From the NCBI GenBank assembly GCA_018826075.1, contig JAHKAJ010000024.1:69910-133909 (forward strand): DNA of 64,000 nt, in the 5' to 3' direction. This document shows positions 9,500-19,387 of this stretch, one piece after another (within the stretch, counting starts at the first letter, position 1; each line of letters opens with the position of its first letter). This stretch comes from Candidatus Omnitrophota bacterium (lineage in GTDB: Bacteria > Omnitrophota > Gorgyraeia > Duberdicusellales > 4484-171). Position numbers and translations under genes: made by a program. The notes beneath the pieces were generated by a model. That model had not been told where the DNA came from, searched no databases, and was given only the letters and a program-made list of their open reading frames with translations.

Positions 9500-10879
9500 A
9501 TGTTCGATAAAATAATTTCTGGTTTTAAAGATCTCAAAGCTGACCGGCCGCGAATCCGGCGCTTAGGTCTGCTTTTAATTTCTTTGCTTCTAATTGGGAT
9601 TTTCGGATATCTGTTGGCTTACACCCAGTATTTAACTCTGAAAGCCGAAAGTAACAAACTCCTTTTACTTAATCAAAAGTTAAGGACCCAACTAAGACTT
9701 TGCCAGGAAAGCCTTAGCTTTTGCCAAGACCGTTTCATAAAAAAAGTCGAGATCATCCCCAGTTCTTGCGGTGGATTTTCATTTTATCTTAAGGGTAAAC
9801 CATTTTTAATCAAAGGAGTAGGCTACAGCCCCGCCCCGGTTGGGAAAGGCTACGATTATGAATTTTTCAGTGATGAAAATAAACCCTGGTTGGTTGACGG
9901 AAAATTAATGAAAGCAGCCGGGATTAACTGCATACGTATTTATTCAACCGGAAGTGACTTAGAGAAAGTTAAACAGTTTATTCAGGAGATGTATGAAAAG
10001 TTTGGCATTTACACTTTAGTCAGTGACTGGCTGGGCTTATGGGACTATCCCCGGGCTAATTACGCTGACCCTGAGTTTCGAGAAAAAACTAAGCAACGGG
10101 TCTTAAATATAGTTGAAACCTTAAAAGATCAGGACGGCCTTTTGATGTGGATCCTGGGCAACGAAAATAATTATACCTTTTCCGGGAGGATAGGATTCTG
10201 GACTTCTCCGGAGATCGAAGCCCTGCCCGAAGCCTGCGATAAACAGAATAAACGGGCTGAAATCTACTACACTTTCGTTAATGATCTGGCTAAAGAGATA
10301 AAAAAAATCGATCCGGTCCATCCGGTGGCTTTGGGAAATGGCGAGGCTAATTTTTTAGAAGTGGCTTCTCAATACGCACAAGACATCGATGTTTTAGCGA
10401 TAATTATTTATCGGGGCAAGCATTTTGGCAACCTGTTTAACAATATCCAGCGTACTTTCGACAAACCGGTTTTGCTTTCAGAGTTTGGTTGTGATTCCTA
10501 CGATGCCTATAAAAAACAGGAAGACCAAAAGGTTCAATCAGAGTTTATTATTTCTCAGTGGAAGGATATCTATGGCGCCACAACTATTAGCGGTAATTGC
10601 CAGGGCAATTCTATCGGCGGTTGCCTTTTTGAGTGGTCGGATGAATGGTGGAAACATAATGAAGGCTATAGAGACGAGTGGAGCGTCCACAATACCGAAG
10701 CTGGCTGGTCACACGGCGCCTATTTCTTCGACATCCGGGCTAAAAATAACTTAAACATGAATGAGGAATGGTTTGGTATAATTTCTCTCGGCGATGAGCA
10801 AGATGGGGTAAATAAGCGTTTACCGAAAAAAGTTTATTATGACCTGGGCGAATTTTTCGTCCGGCCGCATACCGACTAA
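9500..10879 (+). CDS. membrane-anchored glycoside hydrolase, clan GH-A TIM barrel with a GH2-like catalytic domain
   Basis: N-terminal TM anchor. LGNENNY acid/base motif and LLSEFGCDSY nucleophile motif. Paralog of 5823-8120. Confidence 0.55.
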   Translation: MFDKIISGFKDLKADRPRIRRLGLLLISLLLIGIFGYLLAYTQYLTLKAESNKLLLLNQKLRTQLRLCQESLSFCQDRFIKKVEIIPSSCGGFSFYLKGKPFLIKGVGYSPAPVGKGYDYEFFSDENKPWLVDGKLMKAAGINCIRIYSTGSDLEKVKQFIQEMYEKFGIYTLVSDWLGLWDYPRANYADPEFREKTKQRVLNIVETLKDQDGLLMWILGNENNYTFSGRIGFWTSPEIEALPEACDKQNKRAEIYYTFVNDLAKEIKKIDPVHPVALGNGEANFLEVASQYAQDIDVLAIIIYRGKHFGNLFNNIQRTFDKPVLLSEFGCDSYDAYKKQEDQKVQSEFIISQWKDIYGATTISGNCQGNSIGGCLFEWSDEWWKHNEGYRDEWSVHNTEAGWSHGAYFFDIRAKNNLNMNEEWFGIISLGDEQDGVNKRLPKKVYYDLGEFFVRPHTD

Positions 10880-10981
10880 CCTGCAGCAGATTTTTCAATT
10901 CAGTTTCAATAACTAAAGACTAATTAGTAATGTTTATAATCCGGTTTACTCTTTTGCCTATTTTGATATAATATAGAGCGG

Positions 10982-11617
10982 ATGAAGAATTATTGGAATA
11001 TTGCCATAACCTGTTCGCTGTTGTTCCACGGAGCATTTTTCCTGAAGCTTCCGGCTTTCAGCAATTTTTTTGCCCGAAAAAAAACCGTTTTGAAAAAAAC
11101 AGCTGAAAAAGAGATTGTCATGATTGCTGAAGAGATTAAAGCTGAGATTGAAAATAAATCCGGGCCGATTTCCTTGATTAAACCGTTCCCATACACTGAA
11201 AATATCATTAACACGTTGATTAAGAATCCCGGTTCAGGGCCGATCGATAAGCCAAAAGTTTTTGAAAGAAATGTCAGCGAAATAATCCTTTCGGAAATTC
11301 CGCCGCATGATAAAGAGTTGAATAAGAATCCGGCCTATATGAACTATTACCGTCTGATCCGGGAAAAGATCCGAAGCAATACCTACCGTTACTACCGCGC
11401 TCCGGATACCGGAAAGATCTTACTAAGTTTTATTGTTCTTTCTAGTGGCGGCCTGGGAGGGCTTTCTTTTGAAGAAGAATCTGAAAACAGCAATGTTTTG
11501 CGTCAAATCGCTATTGATAGCCTTGAAGCTGCAGCACCTTTTCCGCCGTTTCCTGTGGAATTGCAAAGCTATACCCGGCTTAGTTTTCGGATCCCGATTT
11601 ATTTTAGAAATAATTAG
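10982..11617 (+). CDS. TonB C-terminal-domain protein (putative energy transducer)
   Basis: N-terminal hydrophobic segment. The C-terminal ~90 aa (ILLSFIVLSSGGL...LRQIAIDSLEAAAPFPPFP) matches the TonB_C pattern. Confidence 0.4.
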   Translation: MKNYWNIAITCSLLFHGAFFLKLPAFSNFFARKKTVLKKTAEKEIVMIAEEIKAEIENKSGPISLIKPFPYTENIINTLIKNPGSGPIDKPKVFERNVSEIILSEIPPHDKELNKNPAYMNYYRLIREKIRSNTYRYYRAPDTGKILLSFIVLSSGGLGGLSFEEESENSNVLRQIAIDSLEAAAPFPPFPVELQSYTRLSFRIPIYFRNN

Positions 11618-11623
11618 ATTAAG

Positions 11624-12427
11624 ATGGTGCGGAAACCAGCAGTCAGCGGTCAGTTTTACCCCGGCGATAGTAAAACTTTAGGAGTGATGATCGATGGATT
11701 AATCCCTAAAGAGACCGCGCAAGTGTCAGCGAAAGCCGTGATCCTTCCGCATGCCGGCTATGTTTATTCCGGCAAAGTGGCAGTGGTGACTTTAAGCCGT
11801 GTTTTGCCAAGGAAACGACTGATCATGCTGGGGCCAAATCATACTGGGATAGGCCCCAGATTCAGTCTTTGGAGCAAGGGTGAATGGGAAATCCCTTTTG
11901 GAAAGGTTAAAATAGATGAGGACCTGGCCGAAAAGATTTTAAATGCCGGAAGTTCCATTGAAGCCGATGAGATGGCTCATCAAGATGAGTATTCGTTGGA
12001 AGTGCAGTTGCCGATTTTTTACCGGCTTTTTGGCGAATTTAGTTTTGTTCCGATTGCCTGTCAGGCTGCAGATCTAAAGACTTATCGGCAGGCAGCCGAG
12101 CAAATTGTTGGAGGTTTGAAAAAAATAGATCAAGAGGTTCTTTTTGTGGCTACAACCGATCTGACTCACTATGAACCAGAGCTGGTTGCCCGGGCAAAAG
12201 ACCGGATAGCCATTGCAGCGATGATAAGCCTTGATGATGAGGCTTTGATCCGGGAAGTTGAGAAAAATCAAATAACTATGTGTGGAGTAGCTCCGGTTGC
12301 AGTCTTACTGGGTTGTTTAAAAACAATTGGCGCCCGCAAAGCCGGGGTCTGCCTTTATCAGACCAGCGGCGACTCAAGCAGTGACTACGGTTCAGTAGTC
12401 GGTTACGTCGGGATAACCATTAAATGA
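11624..12427 (+). CDS. amrB: AmmeMemoRadiSam system protein B (MEMO1-family)
   Basis: The VSGQFYPG...LPHAGYVYSG...HYEPE pattern is typical of Memo/AmrB. Confidence 0.75.
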   Translation: MVRKPAVSGQFYPGDSKTLGVMIDGLIPKETAQVSAKAVILPHAGYVYSGKVAVVTLSRVLPRKRLIMLGPNHTGIGPRFSLWSKGEWEIPFGKVKIDEDLAEKILNAGSSIEADEMAHQDEYSLEVQLPIFYRLFGEFSFVPIACQAADLKTYRQAAEQIVGGLKKIDQEVLFVATTDLTHYEPELVARAKDRIAIAAMISLDDEALIREVEKNQITMCGVAPVAVLLGCLKTIGARKAGVCLYQTSGDSSSDYGSVVGYVGITIK

Positions 12428-12434
12428 AGGAGAA

Positions 12435-12785
12435 ATGATGGATCAGGAAAATCAAAAAAAAGTCGATGAAAATTGGAAAAACCAGGTTAACAAGGAAAAA
12501 AAGGAATCCGTAGATAGTAATGATGTTTATCATCAACCGACCTTTTCAATTTTTCTATCTTCCTTGGGAATGCAGGCAATGATTGCTATGGGTAAGCTGG
12601 AAAATCCTTTAACTAAAAAAAGTGAGACTAATTTTGAACAGGCCAGATTCCTGATTGACACTTTAGGAGTTATTGAACAAAAAACCAGAAATAACCTCAA
12701 CCCGGAGGAGAAAACACTTTTAGAAGAGTATCTTTACAATTTACGGATGATGTATATAGAGTTAAAGAAGTCCACTAATGATTAA
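12435..12785 (+). CDS. hypothetical protein (possibly DUF1844-like)
   Basis: Conserved-looking ORF with good coding periodicity. No confident family assignment. Confidence 0.4.
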   Translation: MMDQENQKKVDENWKNQVNKEKKESVDSNDVYHQPTFSIFLSSLGMQAMIAMGKLENPLTKKSETNFEQARFLIDTLGVIEQKTRNNLNPEEKTLLEEYLYNLRMMYIELKKSTND

Positions 12786-12796
12786 CCAGGAGGATA

Positions 12797-13264
12797 ATGC
12801 TTATGAAAACGAACCAGAGAAATAAAATTTTAGTTATTCATGGCCCGAATCTCCATCTTTTAGGAAAGCGCCAGCCGGAGGTGTATGGAAATTTTAGCTT
12901 AAAGGAGCTTAACCAGGGCTTAGCCGAAAAAGCCAGAAAAAAAGGAGTGGATTTAAAAGTTTTTCAATCAAATTCCGAAGGCGAAATCGTTGAAAAAATA
13001 ACAAAATTTAAATATGATTTTTTGATCATTAATCCGGCTGCTTATACCCATACTTCGGTGGCAATCCGCGATGCGCTTTTGGGGGTAAACAAACCGACTA
13101 TAGAAGTGCATATTTCTAATATTTACCGCCGTGAAGAATTCCGCAAAAAGTCCTTGGTCAGCGATGTGGTTTTAGGGCTGATCAGCGGATTAGGCAAAGA
13201 GAGTTATTTACTGGCTCTTGATGCGGCAATAACTTTTTTAAAAAGCCGAAATTTTAAACCGTGA
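12797..13264 (+). CDS. aroQ: 3-dehydroquinate dehydratase, type II
   Basis: The KILVIHGPNL..LG.R.P..YG and NPAAYTHTS..IRDAL motifs are typical. Confidence 0.85.
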   Translation: MLMKTNQRNKILVIHGPNLHLLGKRQPEVYGNFSLKELNQGLAEKARKKGVDLKVFQSNSEGEIVEKITKFKYDFLIINPAAYTHTSVAIRDALLGVNKPTIEVHISNIYRREEFRKKSLVSDVVLGLISGLGKESYLLALDAAITFLKSRNFKP

Positions 13265-14325
13265 ATTCGAGGATAAAAAAATGTTTGGCTTTATTGGAAA
13301 AAGCAGATTGTCCGGCTCTTTTAGTCTCTAACCCTTTAAATACCGTTTACCTTACTGGATTTTCTGATATTTCGGGGTGTCTTTTGGTGAGTTTAGCCGC
13401 CAAGCCAGTCTTTTTTACCAACTTTCTATACCAAAAAGCCGCGGCGAGAATTAAAAACTGCCGAGTAGTCGTTGCCGAAGGCTCCCAGGACCTGCTTAGC
13501 CTAATCGCTAGAACGGTTAAAGCCTTGAAAATTAAGCGATTGGGATTTGAACCTGACAATTTTACCTACGGCCAATATCAAGTTTTAAAGGCTAAAGTTG
13601 ATGGTTGTGGCCTTAAATTGGCAGCGGTTAAGGGGTTTGTGGAGAAGTTACGGATGATCAAAGAGCCGCGGGAATTAAAACTGATAAAAAAATCAGTAGA
13701 GATAACCCGGCTGGCTTTGACTTATGCCGGCCAGATCCATTCTCAGATAGCGACTGAAAAGGATTTAGTCATTGAAATAGAACGTTTTTTACGCCTTAAA
13801 GGCGATAGTGAGATTGCTTTTAATACTATTGTTGCTTCTGGCGGAAACACCGTTTTTCCGCACCATTTTTCTAACCATACGCAAATCAGCAATAAGTTTT
13901 TCCTAATTGATTTAGGCTCAAAATATTATGGATATTGCGCTGACTTGACAAGGGTATTTTTTTGGGGTAAAATGCCCATTCTTTTCAAAAGAATATACGA
14001 TACGGTGCGTAAAAGCCAGGCTGCGGCGATTAAGAAAATTAAAGATGGGGCCAGGGCTTGCGATGTTGATTTGGCGGCCCGCCGGATAATCGAAAAACAA
14101 GGCTGGGGCAAGTATTTTGGGCATGGTCTAGGCCATGGGATCGGTTTGGCGGTGCACGAAGAACCCCGCTTAAACTCAAAAAACACCGCAGTGCTCAAGG
14201 AAGGCATGGTGGTTACGGTTGAGCCGGCGGTTTATTTTAAAAATCAATTCGGTATTCGCATAGAGGATATGGTTTTAGTAAAGAAAAATCACTCTGAGGT
14301 GCTTAGTGGGGATATCCATAGGTGA
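13261..14325 (+). CDS. Xaa-Pro aminopeptidase / M24 family metallopeptidase
   Basis: Creatinase-like N-terminal domain plus an M24 domain containing HGLGHGIGLAVHEEP. Confidence 0.8.
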   Translation: MNSRIKKCLALLEKADCPALLVSNPLNTVYLTGFSDISGCLLVSLAAKPVFFTNFLYQKAAARIKNCRVVVAEGSQDLLSLIARTVKALKIKRLGFEPDNFTYGQYQVLKAKVDGCGLKLAAVKGFVEKLRMIKEPRELKLIKKSVEITRLALTYAGQIHSQIATEKDLVIEIERFLRLKGDSEIAFNTIVASGGNTVFPHHFSNHTQISNKFFLIDLGSKYYGYCADLTRVFFWGKMPILFKRIYDTVRKSQAAAIKKIKDGARACDVDLAARRIIEKQGWGKYFGHGLGHGIGLAVHEEPRLNSKNTAVLKEGMVVTVEPAVYFKNQFGIRIEDMVLVKKNHSEVLSGDIHR

Positions 14326-14866
14326 GTTAAAACCCGGGAATACTATTTTGTATAACCAGGAGCTTTATATCATATTAGCTTGCGAACATGCTAAAATCGC
14401 CAGAGGATCTGCTTTCTGCAGGGTTAAGCTGAAAAACCTAAAAACCAACCAAGTCTTTGAACGTACCTTGCGCGATTCCGATAATGTCAGCGAAGCGGTC
14501 ACTGAAAAACGTAAGCTCCAATATCTCTATCAACAAGCCGAGCAATACCATTTTATGGATTTGACGACTTACGATGATCTTTCTTTATCAAGCTCGCGGA
14601 TCGCCGATAAGGCGGTTTGGCTAAAAGAAGACTTGGGGTTGATCGGATTTTTTTATGATGATCAGCTGATTGATTTAGAACTACCGTCTTCATTGATCTA
14701 CGAAGTCGTTGAAACTGAGCCGGGTTACAAAGGCGATACGGTAAAACAGGGAACTAAACCGGCAAAACTCAAAAATGGCTTAGTAGTTAATGTGCCGATT
14801 TTTGTAAATAATGGCGAAAGAATTAAGGTCGACACGCGGACAAAAGCCTATTTAGGACGGGCCTAA
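14306..14866 (+). CDS. efp: elongation factor P
   Basis: The KPGN.I.....LY.I......KP.KG.AF...KL.NL family pattern. 186 aa. Confidence 0.85.
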   Translation: MGISIGELKPGNTILYNQELYIILACEHAKIARGSAFCRVKLKNLKTNQVFERTLRDSDNVSEAVTEKRKLQYLYQQAEQYHFMDLTTYDDLSLSSSRIADKAVWLKEDLGLIGFFYDDQLIDLELPSSLIYEVVETEPGYKGDTVKQGTKPAKLKNGLVVNVPIFVNNGERIKVDTRTKAYLGRA

Positions 14867-14871
14867 AGGGG

Positions 14872-15306
14872 GTGAAGATGGAAAACGAGATGGAAAGGCT
14901 GAAAAAATTTATTAAGTTTATGGACGATAATAACCTTGCCGAGATAGAAATCGAAGAGGAAGGTAAGCGGATTCGCCTTAAACGTAATGTTTCAGGCGTA
15001 CCGATTATGAATCCAATTCCCTCGGTTGGAACCGAAAACAAGCTAGAAAGTACGATCGAGGAAAATATCGTTGAGATAAAATCTCCGATGGTGGGAACTT
15101 TCTATCGGGCTCCTTCCCCAGGTACAAAACCTTACGTGGAGGCCGGCGAAGTCATTAAACCCGGAGATGTGGTCTGTATAGTAGAAGCAATGAAACTAAT
15201 GAATGAGATTAAAGCTGAAGTCGGTGGAAAAGTAGTAAAGATCCCGGTAGACAACGGAGAACCGGTTGAATTTGGACAAACTTTATTTATTATTGAGCCG
15301 GCTTGA
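14872..15306 (+). CDS. accB: acetyl-CoA carboxylase biotin carboxyl carrier protein
   Basis: Biotinyl-lysine motif EAMKLMNEI and a lipoyl/biotinyl domain. Followed by accC. Confidence 0.85.
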   Translation: MKMENEMERLKKFIKFMDDNNLAEIEIEEEGKRIRLKRNVSGVPIMNPIPSVGTENKLESTIEENIVEIKSPMVGTFYRAPSPGTKPYVEAGEVIKPGDVVCIVEAMKLMNEIKAEVGGKVVKIPVDNGEPVEFGQTLFIIEPA

Positions 15307-15319
15307 TGAGGGTTGACTG

Positions 15320-16672
15320 GTGTTTTCAAAAATATTGATAGCTAACCGTGGCGAAATTGCCATAAGGGTGATCCGGGCTTGTAAAGAATTGGATATCAAG
15401 ACGGTCGCCGTTTATTCGGAAGCCGATAAAAACTCCCTGCATTTGGAGTTTGCCGACGAAGCTATTTGTATCGGCAAGTCTCCTTCCTCGGAAAGCTACC
15501 TTAATATTTCAAGTTTGATCAGCGCTGCTGAGGTGACTGATAGTGATGCTATCCATCCTGGTTATGGTTTTTTGGCTGAAAATGCGCATTTTGCTGAGAT
15601 TTGCGAATCCTGTGGAATAAAATTTATTGGGCCTTCAGCCGAAAACATAAACCTTATGGGGGATAAGATAAAGGCTAAAGACACCATGCGCCGGGCCGGA
15701 TTGCCGTTAATCCCCGGAAGTAAGGCGGCGGTCAAATCAAAAGATGAGGCTTTAGAATTAGCTAAACAAACCGGTTACCCGTTAATTTTAAAAGCCAAAG
15801 CTGGCGGCGGCGGCAAAGGCATGCGAGTCTGCCATAGTGATGTCAGGTTGGTCAGCGCGCTGCTGACTGCTCAGTCAGAGGCCGAAGCGGCTTTTGGCGA
15901 TTCAGAAATCTATATTGAAAAACTGATCCAGAATCCCCGGCATATCGAAATTCAAATCGCTGCCGATAATTATGGAAATATTATCTATCTGGGTGAAAGG
16001 GATTGTAGTATTCAGCGGAGGCATCAGAAAATTATCGAAGAAACGCCTTCTCCGGTTGTCGATGGGCGTTTACGAAAAAAATTAGGTGAACTTTGTTTGA
16101 AAGGGGCCAAATTCATTAATTACCGCAGTGTGGGTACCATTGAGTTTCTTCTTGATTCCAAAGGTAACTTTTATTTTATGGAGATGAATACCCGGATTCA
16201 AGTCGAACATCCGGTTACCGAAGAGGTGACCGGGATAGACCTGCTTAAATTACAAATTTCCATAGCTGCCGGTGAACCAATGAAGATAAAACAAGATGAT
16301 GTTTCGATAAATGGAGCAGCTATTGAATGCCGGATCAATGCCGAAGACCCCGAAAAAGGATTCTTACCTTGCCCGGGAGCAATTAATTTTTGTTATATTC
16401 CCGGTGGCAAAGATGTTCGGGTCGATACTCATATCTATTCCGGATACCGCATACCGCCTTACTATGATTCCTTAATTGCCAAAGTGATCACTAAAGCTGA
16501 CACTCGCCTCCAAGCCTTAAAGAAAATGGACCGGGCTTTAGGCGAATTTCTTATTGAGCCGATAAAGACGACTATACCTTTTTGCCGCGATGTGATAAAT
16601 GACCCTGATTTTAAACGCGGCAAGTATCATACCGGGTTTTTAGATAAGTTTCTTCAACATGCAGAAGAATGA
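15320..16672 (+). CDS. accC: acetyl-CoA carboxylase biotin carboxylase subunit
   Basis: ATP-grasp biotin carboxylase (KILIANRGEIA...GGGGKGMR...). 450 aa. Confidence 0.9.
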   Translation: MFSKILIANRGEIAIRVIRACKELDIKTVAVYSEADKNSLHLEFADEAICIGKSPSSESYLNISSLISAAEVTDSDAIHPGYGFLAENAHFAEICESCGIKFIGPSAENINLMGDKIKAKDTMRRAGLPLIPGSKAAVKSKDEALELAKQTGYPLILKAKAGGGGKGMRVCHSDVRLVSALLTAQSEAEAAFGDSEIYIEKLIQNPRHIEIQIAADNYGNIIYLGERDCSIQRRHQKIIEETPSPVVDGRLRKKLGELCLKGAKFINYRSVGTIEFLLDSKGNFYFMEMNTRIQVEHPVTEEVTGIDLLKLQISIAAGEPMKIKQDDVSINGAAIECRINAEDPEKGFLPCPGAINFCYIPGGKDVRVDTHIYSGYRIPPYYDSLIAKVITKADTRLQALKKMDRALGEFLIEPIKTTIPFCRDVINDPDFKRGKYHTGFLDKFLQHAEE

Positions 16673-16685
16673 TTAATTAGAGGAG

Positions 16686-17273
16686 GTGGTTATGGGTTTT
16701 TTAACAATTTTAGTTTATTTTATCCTATCACTTTTGGTCGGAGTTTTTTTGGTTGGTGCTGCTTGGGACCCGATAGTTTTAAATATCTTGGCTAGTTATT
16801 TTGAAAATGCTTTGTTTTCAGATCACTGGCTAAGGATGATTATCGGTTCATCCGGGATTCTGGTGATTCTGGTCTGTTTCAGTTACCTGCAACGGATATT
16901 ACAGCATTCCCGGCGGGGTAAATCCCTGACTTTTGAATCTGAACAAGGCAAAGTAAGCATAACCTTGTTTGCCATAGAGGATATGTTAAAAAGGATACTT
17001 GATGCCCGTCCGGAAGTTTCCCGGGTAAAAGTCAAAGTAGCTTTAAAAAAGAAATCTATCGAGGTCATGACCCGAGGAGTACTGGCCGCTGAAGTCAACC
17101 TGATCGAATTTACCAAGGAAATACAGGAAAGCGTTAAGGCAAAGATGCATACTCTTTTGGGAGAAGACAAGGAAGTGCATGTTAACCTGGAGATACGTAA
17201 GGTAGCTATCGGGGATAAAAAAGGCTCGTCCGAGGAATACGAACCCGAAGTACCGTTTAGAAACTATGAATAA
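16686..17273 (+). CDS. membrane protein with an Asp23/AmaP-like domain (putative alkaline-shock-family anchor)
   Basis: Two N-terminal TM helices. The soluble part has the GKVSITLFAIEDMLKRIL..RPEVSRV pattern resembling the Asp23/Gls24 fold. Confidence 0.35.
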   Translation: MVMGFLTILVYFILSLLVGVFLVGAAWDPIVLNILASYFENALFSDHWLRMIIGSSGILVILVCFSYLQRILQHSRRGKSLTFESEQGKVSITLFAIEDMLKRILDARPEVSRVKVKVALKKKSIEVMTRGVLAAEVNLIEFTKEIQESVKAKMHTLLGEDKEVHVNLEIRKVAIGDKKGSSEEYEPEVPFRNYE

Positions 17274-17294
17274 ACTTTTAAGGAGGATGGGAAA

Positions 17295-18317
17295 ATGAAG
17301 ATTGGTATTCTCACCGGTGGTGGTGATTGTCCGGGTTTAAATTCGGTGATCCGCGGCGTAGTACGCAAGGCGATTCTTGACGGCCATGAGGTTTTGGGTT
17401 TGCGTTATGGCTGGAAAGGGCTGTTGGATAAAGATACAGTCAACCTGGATTTAAGGTCAGTATCCGGCATTTTACCTAAAGGCGGAACGATTTTGGGAAC
17501 TTCGCGCACTAACCCCTACAAAAAAGAAAATGGTGTAAACACCGCAAAAGAAAACTTTAAAAGTTTAGGCTTAGGTGCTTTAGTGGCTATCGGCGGCGAA
17601 GATACATTAGGTGTTGCCGCAAAATTATCTCAAGACGGCCTTAAAATCGTAGGCGTCCCTAAAACTATTGACAATGATTTGGAGGGGACTGATTTTACTT
17701 TTGGTTTCGACACCGCGGTAAATATAGTCATGGAGTGTATTGACCGCCTTCACACAACAGCTGAATCGCACAACCGGATCATGGTTGTGGAAGTTATGGG
17801 GCGGCATGCCGGTTGGATCGCGGCATATTCGGGAATAGCCGGCGGAGCCGACTATATACTTATTCCCGAGATACCTATAGATATCGAAAAAGTTTGCAGT
17901 TCCTTGCGTAAACGCCATGAACGTGGAAAGAATTTCAGCATTGTAGTCGTGGCTGAAGGAGCTTTCTTCAAGGAAGAAAACGTTTGTTTACAGGAGAAAA
18001 AACTTGATGAGTTCGGACATGTACGTTTAGGCGGCATAGGCCATACTCTCGGCCGGCTGATCGAGGAAAAAACCAGTTTTGAGACTCGAGTCACAGTCTT
18101 GGGCCATATCCAGCGTGGCGGTTCACCCACGGCTTTCGACCGAGTTTTGGGGACCAGATTTGGGGTCAAGGCTTATGACTTGATCAAAGAAGGTAAATTT
18201 GGAAGGATGGCCAGTCTGAAAGGTAAAGAGGTGATTGATGTATCCCTTGAGGAGGCAACAGCTAAATTAAAAACGCTGGACCTTGATCTTTATGAGCTCG
18301 CTTCGATATTCTTTTAA
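17295..18317 (+). CDS. pfp: 6-phosphofructokinase, probably pyrophosphate-dependent
   Basis: GILTGGGDCPGLN and PKTIDNDL motifs. GGEDT replaces the ATP-PFK GGDGS motif (the G104-to-D equivalent), and Lys in GVPKTIDND is the K124 equivalent. Both are hallmarks of PPi-PFK. Confidence 0.8.
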   Translation: MKIGILTGGGDCPGLNSVIRGVVRKAILDGHEVLGLRYGWKGLLDKDTVNLDLRSVSGILPKGGTILGTSRTNPYKKENGVNTAKENFKSLGLGALVAIGGEDTLGVAAKLSQDGLKIVGVPKTIDNDLEGTDFTFGFDTAVNIVMECIDRLHTTAESHNRIMVVEVMGRHAGWIAAYSGIAGGADYILIPEIPIDIEKVCSSLRKRHERGKNFSIVVVAEGAFFKEENVCLQEKKLDEFGHVRLGGIGHTLGRLIEEKTSFETRVTVLGHIQRGGSPTAFDRVLGTRFGVKAYDLIKEGKFGRMASLKGKEVIDVSLEEATAKLKTLDLDLYELASIFF

Positions 18318-18327
18318 TACGTCAGAT

Positions 18328-18891
18328 ATGGATAAAATAATTGCTTCTGCTTTAAACGGACATCGCCAAGCCACTGAGATTATTGAAGCCAATTCCCAGC
18401 TTATTGAAAAAATAGCCGGTATCTTTATCACTACCTTAAAGAAAAAAGGTAAGTTGGTATTTATCGGTAACGGCGGCAGCGCCGCTGATGCCCAACATCT
18501 AGCCGCTGAATTTATCGGGCGTTTTAAACTTAACCGGATTCCCCTGGCAGCTTTGGCGCTTACCACTAACACTTCAACCATCACGGCAGTGGCTAATGAT
18601 TTTTCCTTTGAAGATATTTTTTTGCGCCAGATCCAAGCTTTAGTCAACCCCGCTGATTGTCTTGTCGGCATATCGACTTCGGGGAAATCTAAAAATATTG
18701 TTTTGGCAGTAGAAAAAGCACGGCAGATCGGAGCGAAAACCGTAGGATTTTTAGGCCAGGATGGCGGAGACCTAGCGGGTAAAGTCGACTTGGCCCTTAC
18801 GATTCCAATAGCTGATACTCCCCGGATACAGGAAATGCACATCTTAGCCGGACACATTATCTGTGAGATAGTTGAAAACGAGTTTTTTTAA
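18328..18891 (+). CDS. gmhA: D-sedoheptulose-7-phosphate isomerase (SIS domain)
   Basis: FIGNGGSAADAQHLAAEF...ISTSGKS motifs. The start is chosen at the internal ATG because the upstream part of the ORF overlaps the pfp gene. Confidence 0.8.
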   Translation: MDKIIASALNGHRQATEIIEANSQLIEKIAGIFITTLKKKGKLVFIGNGGSAADAQHLAAEFIGRFKLNRIPLAALALTTNTSTITAVANDFSFEDIFLRQIQALVNPADCLVGISTSGKSKNIVLAVEKARQIGAKTVGFLGQDGGDLAGKVDLALTIPIADTPRIQEMHILAGHIICEIVENEFF

Positions 18892-19387
18892 GCCTTCATC
18901 CACACCTGCTTTTTTTGAAATTTTTATGGTCAAGATCAAAAAACTTAAAGAATTAGTGAGAATTACCCGGCGGTTAAAGAAAAATGGCTGTCGGATCGTA
19001 TTCACCAACGGTTGTTTTGACCTGATTCACCCCGGCCACATAAAGCTGTTTCAAGAAGCAAAAAATAAAGGCGATATCTTGGTGGTTGGCGTAAACAGTG
19101 ACTCTTCAATTAAACGGATAAAAGGCCCCCGAAGGCCGGTATTAAATGAAAAAGCCAGGCTTGCAATTTTGGAACATTTAGACCTGATAGACTATATTGT
19201 TGTTTTTAAAGCTTTGACTCCTTATGAAATAATCAAGTCGATCCGGCCAAATTTTTTAGTTAAAGGTGGTGATTGGCCGGAAAACAATATTGTCGGTAGA
19301 GACCTGGTGAATAAGGTCTACCGGGTAAAATTAAAAAAAGGCCACTCTACTACAGCCTTGATCAAGAAAATTAAAAAACAGTGTTAA
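18872..19387 (+). CDS. rfaE2: D-glycero-beta-D-manno-heptose-1-phosphate adenylyltransferase (RfaE domain II). Probable start is the Met near 18926.
   Basis: Cytidylyltransferase-like fold with GCFDLIHPGHIKLF...VGVNSDSS...RP motifs. Confidence 0.8.
   Translation: MKTSFFKPSSTPAFFEIFMVKIKKLKELVRITRRLKKNGCRIVFTNGCFDLIHPGHIKLFQEAKNKGDILVVGVNSDSSIKRIKGPRRPVLNEKARLAILEHLDLIDYIVVFKALTPYEIIKSIRPNFLVKGGDWPENNIVGRDLVNKVYRVKLKKGHSTTALIKKIKKQC

Noticed and set aside
18267-18857. 196-aa minus-strand ORF
   Set aside because: It is fully antisense to the well-supported gmhA gene and has low-complexity composition. It is a shadow ORF.
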